Assembly (NCBI GenBank): GCA_014376815.1
Contig: JACMQV010000018.1
Location: 1-58,040, forward strand
DNA: 58,040 bases
Source: Cryobacterium sp.
GTDB lineage: Bacteria; Actinomycetota; Actinomycetes; Actinomycetales; Microbacteriaceae
Direction of reading: 5' to 3'
Shown piece after piece: positions 47,669-58,040 of this stretch (position 1 is the stretch's first letter; each line of letters opens with the position of its first letter). Below the pieces are notes generated by a model, which saw only the letters and a program-made list of their open reading frames with translations, searched no databases and was not told the DNA's origin. The position numbers were made by a program, and so were the translations under genes.

Positions 47669-48130
47669 ATGAGCAATTCCACTGGCCCGAACGCCACTGG
47701 GCCGAACCCCGACGATTCGAACCGGGGACAGCGGCCGCCGCAAGCGCCGTACCAGCCCGCGGTCCCCGTGGCCGCGGCACCCCTGACGGAGGCCGAAGAC
47801 CGGCAGTGGGCGTCCCTGGCGCACCTCGGCGGCATCCTCAGCTTTGGGCCGTCACTCATTATCTGGCTCGTCTTCAAGGACCGCGGCCGCTTCACCAACG
47901 TCGAGGCGAAGGAAGCCCTCAACTTTCAGATCACGCTTCTGATCGGTTATTTCGCGATCAATTTCCTCGCGAGCGTTATCGGCTTCCTGACGTTCGGCAT
48001 CGGTGGCGTGATCGGCGTTCTCGCCTGGGCGCTGTACATCGTCGGAGTGGTCTTCTCCGTCCTCGGCTTCCAGAAGGCCCGGGAGGGACAGCACTACCAG
48101 TACCCGTTCGCCCTCCGCCTGATCAAGTAG
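47669..48130 (+). CDS. DUF4870 membrane protein
   Basis: 'DRQWASLAH', 'KDRG.F', 'EALNFQIT', 'YQYPFALRLIK'. Confidence 0.88.
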   Translation: MSNSTGPNATGPNPDDSNRGQRPPQAPYQPAVPVAAAPLTEAEDRQWASLAHLGGILSFGPSLIIWLVFKDRGRFTNVEAKEALNFQITLLIGYFAINFLASVIGFLTFGIGGVIGVLAWALYIVGVVFSVLGFQKAREGQHYQYPFALRLIK

Positions 48131-48163
48131 CCGTCAAACACCAAGAGTCAGAAGGAGCACGAG

Positions 48164-48544
48164 ATGTCCGATTCCACCCCGCCACCGCCGCCCGCCGGCC
48201 AGTACCAGGCCGCGAGCCAGATGAACCCCGCCGACGAGAAGCTGTGGGCGACCCTGATCCATATCGGCGGGATCCTGTTCAATTTCCTGCCGGCCCTGAT
48301 CGGCTATATCGTGCTCAAGGACCGCGGCCCCTTCATCCGTGAGCACACCGCGACGGCGCTGAACTTCCAGATCACCCTGCTGATCGCGTACACGGTCGGG
48401 GGGATCCTGACCATCATCCTGGTCGGTTTCCTGATCATCATCGCCGCGGCCATCCTGAACATCGTGTTCGGCATCATGGCTGCCCTCGCCGCCAACAAGG
48501 GCCAGTCCTACACGTACCCGTTGTCGATCAAGTTCGTCAACTAG
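48164..48544 (+). CDS. DUF4870 membrane protein (tandem paralog)
   Basis: 'EKLWATLIH', 'KDRGPF', 'ALNFQIT', 'YTYPLSIKFV'. Confidence 0.88.
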   Translation: MSDSTPPPPPAGQYQAASQMNPADEKLWATLIHIGGILFNFLPALIGYIVLKDRGPFIREHTATALNFQITLLIAYTVGGILTIILVGFLIIIAAAILNIVFGIMAALAANKGQSYTYPLSIKFVN

Positions 48545-48566
48545 CCTCCGTTCCTCTGGTCCCGCG

Positions 48567-48630
48567 ACTGTTGCCGTTTCGGACAAGTGTTGCCGGCACA
48601 CCGGCGACTCTTGTCCGGGACGGCAACAGT
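48567..48630. repeat. 30-bp-arm palindrome (REP-like or bidirectional terminator)
   Basis: ACTGTTGCCGTTTCGGACAAGTGTTGCCGG-caca-CCGGCGACTCTTGTCCGGGACGGCAACAGT, 26/30 matched. Confidence 0.8.
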
Positions 48631-48674
48631 TGTTTGGCGGCGGGCCGGCGGGGGGACCGGGCCGGCGGGACCGG

Positions 48675-49901
48675 CTAGTCGGTGAGCAGGCGGCGCACGA
48701 CCGCATCCGCTAAGAGGCGTCCCCTCAAGGTCAACTCCACCGTTCCCGACAGGGCGGCCCGCGCGTCGATGAGCTCGTCGGCGATCAGCCCGGCCACCTC
48801 ACGGCGCCCGAGCGGGGTGAGCGAGTCGATAAGGATGCCCTCGCGGATGCGGGTGAGCAGCAGAACCCGTTCCACCTCACGGGTTGCCGCGTCCAGGGTC
48901 TCGCGCCCGGCCGCCGGAGAGTCCCCGGCCCGGATCCGGTCGGCATACGCCGACGGATGCTTGACGTTCCACCAGCGCACCCCGCCGATGTGGCTGTGGG
49001 CGCCCGGCCCGACGCCCCACCAGTCCTGGCTGCGCCAGTAGGCGAGGTTGTGACGGGAGCGGTGCGCGTCATCCGTGGCCCAGTTGCTCACCTCGTACCA
49101 GCCGAAGCCGGCGGCGGCAAGCAGTTCGTCGGCCAGTTCGTAGAACTCGGCCTGCACGTCTTCGTCGACCGGAACCAGTTCGCCGCGCTTGATCTGTCGG
49201 GCCAGTTTGGTGCCCTCCTCGACGATGAGCGAATAGGCGCTGATGTGAGTGGGGGCCTGGATGATGGCATGCTCGAGGCTGGTCCGCCAGTCGGCGAGGG
49301 TCTCCCCCGGCGTGCCGTAGATCAGGTCCAGGGACACGTCAAGGCCGGCTTCGCGGGCCCACTGGACGACCAGCGGCACCCGCTCGGGGTCATGGGTGCG
49401 TTCCAGGGTGGCGAGCACCCGCGGCACGGCGGACTGCATGCCGAACGACACCCGGGTGAACCCGGCGTCGGCGAGGCTGCCGAGGTACGCGGCGTCGACG
49501 GAATCGGGGTTGGCCTCGGTGGTCACCTCGGCGCCGGGCGCGAGGCCCCAGGTGGAGCGCACGGACTGCAGCATCCGCACCAGGTCGTCGGCGGGGAGCA
49601 GGGTCGGGGTGCCGCCTCCGAAGAAGACGGTGGCCGCCGGGCGAGCGGGCACGCCCGACTCGTCGAGGATGCGACCGGCCGCCTCGACCTCGCTGATCGC
49701 CTGGCCGGCGTAGTCGTTCTGGGATGCGCCGCGCAGTTCGGTGGCGGTGTAGGTGTTGAAGTCGCAGTAGCCGCAGCGCACCCGGCAGAAGGGCACGTGC
49801 AGGTAGACGCCGAAGTCGCGCTCAGCGGCGTCGACCGCGGTCGTGGCCGGCAGCAGGCCGTCGCGGGGCGCGGGGTCGCCGAGGGGAAGGGCACTGCCCA
49901 C
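48675..49901 (-). CDS. hemW: Radical SAM heme chaperone HemW
   Basis: 'YLHVPFCRVRCGYCDFN', 'FGGGTP', 'YEVSNW', 'SRHNLAYW'. Confidence 0.95.
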   Translation of the reverse strand: MGSALPLGDPAPRDGLLPATTAVDAAERDFGVYLHVPFCRVRCGYCDFNTYTATELRGASQNDYAGQAISEVEAAGRILDESGVPARPAATVFFGGGTPTLLPADDLVRMLQSVRSTWGLAPGAEVTTEANPDSVDAAYLGSLADAGFTRVSFGMQSAVPRVLATLERTHDPERVPLVVQWAREAGLDVSLDLIYGTPGETLADWRTSLEHAIIQAPTHISAYSLIVEEGTKLARQIKRGELVPVDEDVQAEFYELADELLAAAGFGWYEVSNWATDDAHRSRHNLAYWRSQDWWGVGPGAHSHIGGVRWWNVKHPSAYADRIRAGDSPAAGRETLDAATREVERVLLLTRIREGILIDSLTPLGRREVAGLIADELIDARAALSGTVELTLRGRLLADAVVRRLLTD

Positions 49902-49904
49902 GGG

Positions 49905-50552
49905 TTACGCCCCGCCGATCGGGTGCAGCGCCCGCAGGTACCGTTTGGTGAACTTTTCCTGCTGCAGCCGCACCAGCGGCCAGCCCAGGCGGTAGCGCCA
50001 GGTGCTCGGGCGGGAGAAGGCCCGAATGGTGAGCCAGACGGAGTCGTCCTCCCGATGGTCGACGATGAAGGACTCCTCACCGCTTGCCGGGTGCCCGGTC
50101 ATGGTGCCGTAGGCGAAGCCGACCTGGTCGGGCTCGTCGACGACGTAGACCACGCGCACCGGGGCATCCATGGTGAAGGGGCCGACCTGGACCGTGAGGT
50201 GCGCGGACATGCCGTTGACGATGTACGGGGTCCCGTCCTCGGTGAAGGTGGCCTCGTCGCCGGGCTGCTTCTGGTCGCGGACGGCCTGCCCGTCGGCGCC
50301 GAAGACGAGCCCGGTGTACTGCACGCCCGTGCCGCTTTGCAGGTCGGTCACGGTCATGCCGCTGCCGCGCTGCACGCCCCAGGTCATCAGCGATTTGGAG
50401 GCCAGTTGGAAGCGCTCCGCGCCGCTGCCGAGCCGCACGCTGCGCACGACCGGCCGGTAGCCCCTGGGCGGGTACCGGAGGAGGTCGGGCGCGAGCGTGC
50501 CGCCGATGGCCGCGTAGGTGACGGCGGTGTCGGTGAAGGTGCTGCGGCGCAT
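49905..50552 (-). CDS. DUF1990 family protein
   Basis: 'LGSG..RF', 'APVRVVYV', 'GFAYGT..GHP.SGEE.F', 'IRAFSRP'. Confidence 0.9.
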   Translation of the reverse strand: MRRSTFTDTAVTYAAIGGTLAPDLLRYPPRGYRPVVRSVRLGSGAERFQLASKSLMTWGVQRGSGMTVTDLQSGTGVQYTGLVFGADGQAVRDQKQPGDEATFTEDGTPYIVNGMSAHLTVQVGPFTMDAPVRVVYVVDEPDQVGFAYGTMTGHPASGEESFIVDHREDDSVWLTIRAFSRPSTWRYRLGWPLVRLQQEKFTKRYLRALHPIGGA

Positions 50553-50556
50553 CCGG

Positions 50557-52411
<1,855 letters not shown>

Positions 52412-52497
52412 GGTCTGGCAATTCTCCCATAGCTGGCTGGTTCCCGGTTTCGCCGCAGCTGTTCATCGGTGCAGGTGGTCTGGGCCGCACGGCGCCT

Positions 52498-52596
52498 CGC
52501 GCTGAACCAATTCGACGGAGATTCTCTCGTAACGGAGCTTTCCCGACGTGTTTCTGACCGTTTCAGCCAGAATCTCCGTCGAATTCGTTCAGGGCG
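52498..52596. repeat. Palindromic REP/MITE-like element, copy 2
   Basis: 28-bp arms CGCGCTGAACCAATTCGACGGAGATTCT / AGAATCTCCGTCGAATTCGTTCAGGGCG, 26/28 matched. Confidence 0.8.
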
Positions 52597-52658
52597 GAGC
52601 TGCCGGAAGCCGGTATCCGGCTCGCGGGACCGGCGGGTGCCGACCCGGCCGGAGGGAG

Positions 52659-52680
52659 TGTCGGTGGCTGCCCGTAGCCT
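52659..52680 (+). promoter_or_regulatory. RecA-NDp (PafBC-type) DNA-damage promoter
   Basis: TGTCGGTG-8nt-TAGCCT matches TGTCRGTG-N8-TANNNT; ATG follows 6 nt later. Confidence 0.8.
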
Positions 52681-52686
52681 CTGGAT

Positions 52687-53952
52687 ATGTCCACTTCGGT
52701 CGGCACCACCCAGGAGCAGCTCGGTCGCCTCTTCGACGCCGTCGTGGCCGCCGAGCGGGTGATTGCGCGCGGCCACGCCGTGCGGGCGGCCGCGGTCGAC
52801 GAGGTCCGCCGGTTCAGCGAGGACCACGCCGCTGAGATACTGCTGAGCCCGAACTCCCGGTGGGACCGCGACGAGATCGCGCGCCGTGAGTTGTCCAGCG
52901 AGCTCGCCGCGACTCTGCACCTGCCCGAACCCACCGCGGAGAACCTGATCGCCGAGAGCCGCGCCCTGGCCGACGACCTCCCCGCCACCCGGGCTGCACT
53001 GCAGGCCGGGCTGATCAGCTACCGGCACGCCCAAACCCTGATCGGACAGGCCTGGTCGATCCCCCTCACCGCTCTGCCCGCCTTTGAGCAGGTGCTGCTG
53101 CCGATCGCAGAGAGCCAGACCGTGGCCAAGCCCAAGCACACGGCCCGAGTGCTGCGGGAACGTCTGCACCCCGAGACCATCGCCAGCCGCCGTGCCCGGT
53201 CCATCCAGGACCGCACCTCCTGGCTGCAGGCCGAGCCCGACGGCCTGGCCACACTGCATCTGACGACAGGGGCCGAGCTGGTGCAGTCGATCTTCAACCG
53301 CGCCAATGACCTCGCCGCGAGCATGAATGGCGCGAATGAGCCGCGCTCCCTCACGCAGGTGCGCACCGACGTACTCAGCGACCTGCTCATCAACGGTGTC
53401 ACCCCGGCTGGGTTGGGCGAGGGCGTCCGGGCCAGCGTGCAGGTCACCGTGCCCGTCCTGACCCTTCTCGGGCACAGCGAGGAACCCGGCCACCTCGAGG
53501 GCTACGGGCCGATCGACCCCGAAACGGCCCGTGATCTGGCCTCTCGGGCGCCGAGTTTCACCCGGCTGCTCACCCACCCGGAGACCGGCGTCGTGCTGTC
53601 CGTCGGGCGGGACCGATACAAGGTGCCCAAACGGATGCGCCGATTCCTGCGCCTCCGAGACGAGACCTGCCGGTTCCCCGGCTGCAACAGGTCTGCACGC
53701 GGATCCGAGGTCGACCACACCCACGACTGGCACCTGCTCGGCCAGACCGCGCATGACAACCTCGCCCACCTCTGCAAGGCCAGCCACGACCTGAAATCCG
53801 AGACCCGATGGCGGGTGGTCCAGACGCCGGGCGGCATCCTGACCTGGACCTCGCCGACGGGCCGAGACTTCGTGACCCAACCGGCCACCGTGCTGCCCAC
53901 CGGTCCACCCGGGGCCCCACCGCTGCAAACATCGGAGCCCGCGCCGTTCTAG
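52687..53952 (+). CDS. DUF222 + HNH endonuclease (13E12-like)
   Basis: 'LPATRAALQAGLIS..HA', 'LEGYGPIDP', 'RDETCRFPGC...EVDH..DW..G.T..DNL..LC...H..K'. Confidence 0.92.
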   Translation: MSTSVGTTQEQLGRLFDAVVAAERVIARGHAVRAAAVDEVRRFSEDHAAEILLSPNSRWDRDEIARRELSSELAATLHLPEPTAENLIAESRALADDLPATRAALQAGLISYRHAQTLIGQAWSIPLTALPAFEQVLLPIAESQTVAKPKHTARVLRERLHPETIASRRARSIQDRTSWLQAEPDGLATLHLTTGAELVQSIFNRANDLAASMNGANEPRSLTQVRTDVLSDLLINGVTPAGLGEGVRASVQVTVPVLTLLGHSEEPGHLEGYGPIDPETARDLASRAPSFTRLLTHPETGVVLSVGRDRYKVPKRMRRFLRLRDETCRFPGCNRSARGSEVDHTHDWHLLGQTAHDNLAHLCKASHDLKSETRWRVVQTPGGILTWTSPTGRDFVTQPATVLPTGPPGAPPLQTSEPAPF

Positions 53953-54076
53953 GGGGACGGGGAGGGTCGACGTCAGACGGGAAAGGGCGACGTCATTCGG
54001 TGTACTCCGCACACGACCGTCGAGTTCCTGTCCAATTGGTTACCAGGTTGGTTCTAAACGGGTACTAAATGGGTAG

Positions 54077-54814
54077 ATGACCCCAGCCACCGCGGTTCTG
54101 TTCGTGCACGGGATCCGTACCTCGGCGACCATGTGGCGCCGGCAACTGTCGGCGCTGGGCGAGGCGGGGCATCCGGCCCTCGCGATCGATCTGCCCGGGC
54201 ACGGCTCGCGCATGGACGAGTCCTTCACCGTGGAGGGCGCCCTGGCAGCCATCGACGAGGGCGTCGAGACCCTCGGCGGCCGGGTACTGCTGGTCGGGCT
54301 CTCCCTGGGCGGCTACTACGCCATCGAGTACGCCGCGCGGCACCCGCAGAAGGTGGTCGGTCTGGTCGCCGCGGGAAGCTGCGCGCTTCCGGCCGGCTGG
54401 CCACTCGACGCCTATCGGGGTCTGGCCCGGTTGGTCCGCCGACTGCCCGACCAGGGATTGTGGCTGCACACCGCACTGGTGCGGGTGCTCCTTCCGGCGG
54501 ACGGTGCCGCCGACACGCTCGCCGGCGGGGTTCCGCTCACTGTGATGGATGCCGGGCTCCGGGCCACCGGGACCCTCCGCCCGCTCGTGAGCCTGTCCCG
54601 CTATCCGGGCCCCGTCTGGCTGGTCAACGGCTCCTTCGATCAGTTCCGGCTGCATGAGCGCCGCTTCCTCGCCGCGTGCCGGAACGGCCGCCTCGTGATC
54701 GTCCCCCGGGCCTCGCACCTGGTCAGCCTGGCCCAGCCGGAACGGTTCGCCGAGGTGCTCGGCGGCATCCTCGTGGAGGTCGGGGCCACCCGGCCGGGCC
54801 GATTGTCGACCTGA
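54077..54814 (+). CDS. Alpha/beta hydrolase
   Basis: 'FVHG', 'IDLPGHG', 'GLSLGG', 'ASHLV'. Confidence 0.9.
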   Translation: MTPATAVLFVHGIRTSATMWRRQLSALGEAGHPALAIDLPGHGSRMDESFTVEGALAAIDEGVETLGGRVLLVGLSLGGYYAIEYAARHPQKVVGLVAAGSCALPAGWPLDAYRGLARLVRRLPDQGLWLHTALVRVLLPADGAADTLAGGVPLTVMDAGLRATGTLRPLVSLSRYPGPVWLVNGSFDQFRLHERRFLAACRNGRLVIVPRASHLVSLAQPERFAEVLGGILVEVGATRPGRLST

Positions 54815-54940
54815 GCGAATAACTGGTATCGTTTCCTGTTGGCTTGCGTGTTGGGTCCCACCCCACACGATTATTGCCGTACGGCGCCCTCTACCGCCAC
54901 GCGGCCCATCCGAACAAGAACCTAACGAAAGCGTATAAAC

Positions 54941-55204
54941 GTGGCAAATATCAAGTCGCAGATCAAGCGTATCGGCACCAACAAGAAGGCCCAGGAGCGC
55001 AACAAGGCCGTCAAGAGCGAGTTCAAGCGTGCCATCCGCGCGACGCGCCTCGCCGTCACCGCTGGTGACAAGGACAAGGCCGTCGCCGGCCTCGCCCTGG
55101 CCTCGAAGAAGCTCGACAAGGCCGTCAGCAAGGGTGTCATCCACAAGAACCAGGCTGCGAACAAGAAGTCCGCCATCGCGAAGTCGGTCGGCGCACTGGT
55201 CTAG
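54941..55204 (+). CDS. rpsT: 30S ribosomal protein S20
   Basis: '[10 protein letters not shown]...[20 protein letters not shown]'. Confidence 0.99.
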   Translation: MANIKSQIKRIGTNKKAQERNKAVKSEFKRAIRATRLAVTAGDKDKAVAGLALASKKLDKAVSKGVIHKNQAANKKSAIAKSVGALV

Positions 55205-55256
55205 TCTCCACCTGACCTGGTTCCGGGCCGCCTGTCGGTCCTGACCTCGTGCTCGA

Positions 55257-55285
55257 AAAGCCCCCGCCGATTCGGCGGGGGCTTT
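55257..55285 (+). terminator. rpsT terminator
   Basis: AAAGCCCCCGCCG-att-CGGCGGGGGCTTT. Confidence 0.9.
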
Positions 55286-55330
55286 CGTGTGTCCGGGGGC
55301 ACCTCTGCACGCCAGATCGCGCGGACGATC

Positions 55331-55367
55331 AACGTCGTGGCTCGGTAAACGTCGTGGCTCGGTAAAC
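55331..55367. repeat. 17-bp tandem duplication
   Basis: AACGTCGTGGCTCGGTA twice plus AAC. Confidence 0.9.
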
Positions 55368-55395
55368 CCTGCCGACGGCCACGCCGACAACCGGA

Positions 55396-55632
55396 CTACC
55401 GCTCGACGTCGACCCATTCGTGGCCGCGGGCCTTGAGTTCCGCGCCTCCGCCCGTTACGTGGGCGACGATCGCGGCGAGCCGCGCAGCGTCATCGTAGGG
55501 CACTCCGCGCTGGCGCAACTCGGCCTCGATGCGACCGGCGTCCGCGTGCGGCAGTGCGAGAGTGAACAGTTCACGGCGTTCGAGCTCCACAACCAACCCG
55601 AGGGCCTGAGCTTCATCGATCGCGGTCAGAAC
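55396..55632 (-). pseudogene. Probable remnant of a YigZ/IMPACT-family gene (C-terminal part only)
   Basis: 'RRELFTLALPHADAGRIEAELRQRGV...GHEWVDV' resembles actinobacterial YigZ C-termini; no N-terminal domain or credible start. Confidence 0.5.
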
Positions 55633-55732
55633 GGGCTTCGAGCAGGCAAGTACAGGCCGCCGGCACCGAGCGTGTGCCGCCGAAGTAGCGGGTGACGACG
55701 GCTGCCCGGTTCGGCCAGCGCCCGACGCCGCG

Positions 55733-56164
55733 CTACGCGTTGCGCATCGCCCGGGGCAGGTTCTGAATTGCGGCCGCCTCCGCGGCCACTTGCGCTTCAA
55801 TCATCCCTCGCACAAATTTCATCACACCTTGTAGCTCAAGCTCTATCGTAAACAGGACCCGGCATGAGGCAGATGAGACAGGGGTGATCGTGAACGACCC
55901 TCGAGGCCGGGCCGGTCCGGCGGTGACCTCGAACTCAAGCAGGGTCGGTTGCGTCGACGCGACCACGCGGTAGTTCGCACGCATTGTTCTTCCACCCGGG
56001 CCGGTGAGAAGCTGCTCGAACTCCGCGCCCACTCCCCGTCCACGAATGTGACGGATCGCGTGCACGCCGCTGCGCCACTTGACGTTATTGGTGCCGTCTG
56101 CCAGAAAAGCGAAGACATCCTCTGCCGAACGCGGCACCTCAACGCTGGACTCTGATCGAATCAT
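55733..56164 (-). CDS. SRPBCC (START-like) family protein
   Basis: 'VEVPRSAEDVFAFLAD..N..KW', 'GVGAEF'; AGGAAGGA upstream. Confidence 0.85.
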   Translation of the reverse strand: MIRSESSVEVPRSAEDVFAFLADGTNNVKWRSGVHAIRHIRGRGVGAEFEQLLTGPGGRTMRANYRVVASTQPTLLEFEVTAGPARPRGSFTITPVSSASCRVLFTIELELQGVMKFVRGMIEAQVAAEAAAIQNLPRAMRNA

Positions 56165-56436
56165 CGAGTTCCTTCCTCAAGCTGATCGCACGAGCCGCGG
56201 CCCCACCGACGCGAGTCGCGGAGATGAACTGAGCACTCTCGAGCCAGGCATCCTCAGCTCCCGGCTGTTTTCGTCTTCGACGAAGCGGCCCTGACAAAAA
56301 TACGCCGGGGAGACGCTGGTCGCACGCAGCCAACCTCCTCGTGTGATCGGGGCAAATGCCCAGCAACGCGAGCTAACGTCGCCCAGAGATCCACGGTCAG
56401 TATGGCTCCGTTGTATTTCCCCGGGAAGGCCTCCTC

Positions 56437-58040
56437 ATGTCAGACGACACCCTCACGGGTCGCCGAATTTCTACCTCCGTGCTCGTCATCGGCACCGGCG
56501 GTTCGGGCCTGCGGGCCGCGATCGAGCTGTCAGAGCGCGGAGTTGACGTTCTCGCCGTCGGCAAACGCCCCAAAAACGACGCGCACACCTCGCTGGCGGC
56601 CGGCGGAATCAACGCGGCCCTGGCAACGATGGACTCCGAGGACAGCTGGCAGCAGCACGCAGCAGACACCATCCAGGAGAGCTACTTTCTCGCCAATCCG
56701 TACACGGCCGAGATTGTGACGAAGAACGCGGGCCGCGGCATCCAGGACCTCGAGCGCTGGGGCATGCCCTTCGCGCGGGAGAGTGACGGGCGTATCAGTC
56801 AGCGTTACTTCGGCGCCCATAAATACCGTCGCACCGCCTTCGCAGGCGACTATACCGGGCTTGAAATCCAACGGACCCTGGTGGCCCGTGCCTCCCAACT
56901 TGAGGTACCCATCTTGGATTCGGTGTACATCACCCGCATCCTCGTGCGTGACAACGTGGTGTTCGGCGCCTATGGCTTCGACCTGCGCGACGGCAGTCGG
57001 GTGACGGTCATCGCCGACGCAGTCATCATTGCTGCGGGCGGACACAACCGCATCTGGCGCCGCACATCCAGCCGCCGGGACGAGAACACCGGCGATTCCT
57101 TCAAATTGGCAGTGGATGCCGGCGGTCGGCTGCGTGACGCCGAGCTGGTTCAGTTCCACCCAAGTGGCATCCTTGAACCAGAGAATGCCGCCGGCACCCT
57201 GATCAGCGAGGCCGCCAGAGGCGAGGGCGGGGTTCTACGGAACGCACTCGGCGAGCGGTTCATGGCCAACTACGACCCCGAGCGCATGGAACTGTCCACC
57301 CGCGACAGGGTCGCTCTCGCCGCGTACACCGAGATCAAGGAGGGACGCGGCACTGCGAAGGGCGGAGTGCTGCTCGACATTTCCCACCTGCCCCGCGAGA
57401 CAATCATGACGCGCCTGCCCCGCGTGTATCAGACCATGCTCGAATTGCAGGTACTCGACGTCACCACCACGGCTATCGAGATCGCTCCGACCGCGCACTA
57501 CTCCATGGGCGGAGTGTGGGTGCGACCGGATGACCATTCCACCGATGTTGTCGGGATGTACGCTATCGGCGAGGCGTCCAGCGGGCTGCACGGAGCCAAT
57601 CGGCTCGGAGGCAATTCGCTCATAGAGCTGCTCGTGTTCGGCAGGATTGTCGGCCAGGCTGCGGCCGAGTACAGCGCAGGTATCACCTCCCAGAATCGAT
57701 CACAGGACGCGGTCCAGGCAGCCGAGCAGGAGGTGACCGACATTCTTGCCTCGGACGGACAGGAGAATGTGCGCGCCTTGCAGCGCGACATCCGCAATAC
57801 CATGACCGATTTCGGCGGAGTGGTGCGCCACGAAGCGGGGCTACTGGAAGGACTGCGCCAGTTGGACGACCTCGACGATCGCCAGAGCCGAATCGGAGTG
57901 CATCCGGATGTCGCGGGCTTCTCAGGCCTTGCGCACGCATTCGACCTGCGCGCCTCCCTCATGGCCGCGCGCGCAACCCTCGCCTGTGCTCTGGAACGTC
58001 GGGAAAGTCGCGGCGCCCACAACCGAAGTGACTACCCGCA
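56437..58040 (+). CDS. FAD-dependent oxidoreductase, SdhA/FrdA/NadB-like (runs off window end; absent from the ORF track)
   Basis: MSDDTLTGRRISTSVLVIGTGGSGLRAA..., 'HTSLAAGGINAA', 'QFHPSG', 'SEAARGEGG', 'HYSMGG', 'LHGANRLGGNSL', 'ESRGAH'. Confidence 0.93.
   Translation, partial: MSDDTLTGRRISTSVLVIGTGGSGLRAAIELSERGVDVLAVGKRPKNDAHTSLAAGGINAALATMDSEDSWQQHAADTIQESYFLANPYTAEIVTKNAGRGIQDLERWGMPFARESDGRISQRYFGAHKYRRTAFAGDYTGLEIQRTLVARASQLEVPILDSVYITRILVRDNVVFGAYGFDLRDGSRVTVIADAVIIAAGGHNRIWRRTSSRRDENTGDSFKLAVDAGGRLRDAELVQFHPSGILEPENAAGTLISEAARGEGGVLRNALGERFMANYDPERMELSTRDRVALAAYTEIKEGRGTAKGGVLLDISHLPRETIMTRLPRVYQTMLELQVLDVTTTAIEIAPTAHYSMGGVWVRPDDHSTDVVGMYAIGEASSGLHGANRLGGNSLIELLVFGRIVGQAAAEYSAGITSQNRSQDAVQAAEQEVTDILASDGQENVRALQRDIRNTMTDFGGVVRHEAGLLEGLRQLDDLDDRQSRIGVHPDVAGFSGLAHAFDLRASLMAARATLACALERRESRGAHNRSDYP

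Overview
High-GC actinobacterial chromosome segment. Gene order and protein style fit Microbacteriaceae, possibly Cryobacterium-like (inference). From about 15 to 55.2 kb it is mostly core genome: tRNA-Ile2, GT4, DMT, def, tRNA-Asn, a peptide ABC operon, dnaG, dgt, dusB, FrnE-type DsbA, uppS, recO, leuA, an aminoacyl-lipid synthase/esterase pair, the hrcA-dnaJ-rsmE-HIT-phoH-ybeY-corC-era run, hemW, lepA (frameshifted) and rpsT. Two stretches look accessory: 1-14.9 kb, directly 3' of tRNA-Ile2 (metal-homeostasis cluster with a KmtR-like repressor, YcgR/YcgQ-like permeases and three tandem CNNM/CorB genes), and 55.3 kb to the end (YigZ remnant, SRPBCC, SdhA/NadB-like flavoprotein). The most notable unannotated signals are: (i) short leader ORFs overlapping the starts of two CNNM genes; (ii) a 44-aa peptide ending CCGGGCCGA, translationally coupled to the DsbA gene; (iii) a ~95-bp palindromic element present twice, 48 kb apart, one copy beside a DUF222-HNH gene with a RecA-NDp/PafBC-type promoter; (iv) an orphan histidine kinase lacking its phospho-His; (v) an ABC ATPase lacking the H-switch His. 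No CRISPR array, rRNA, integrase or transposase was seen. All family assignments come from motif recognition, not database searches.
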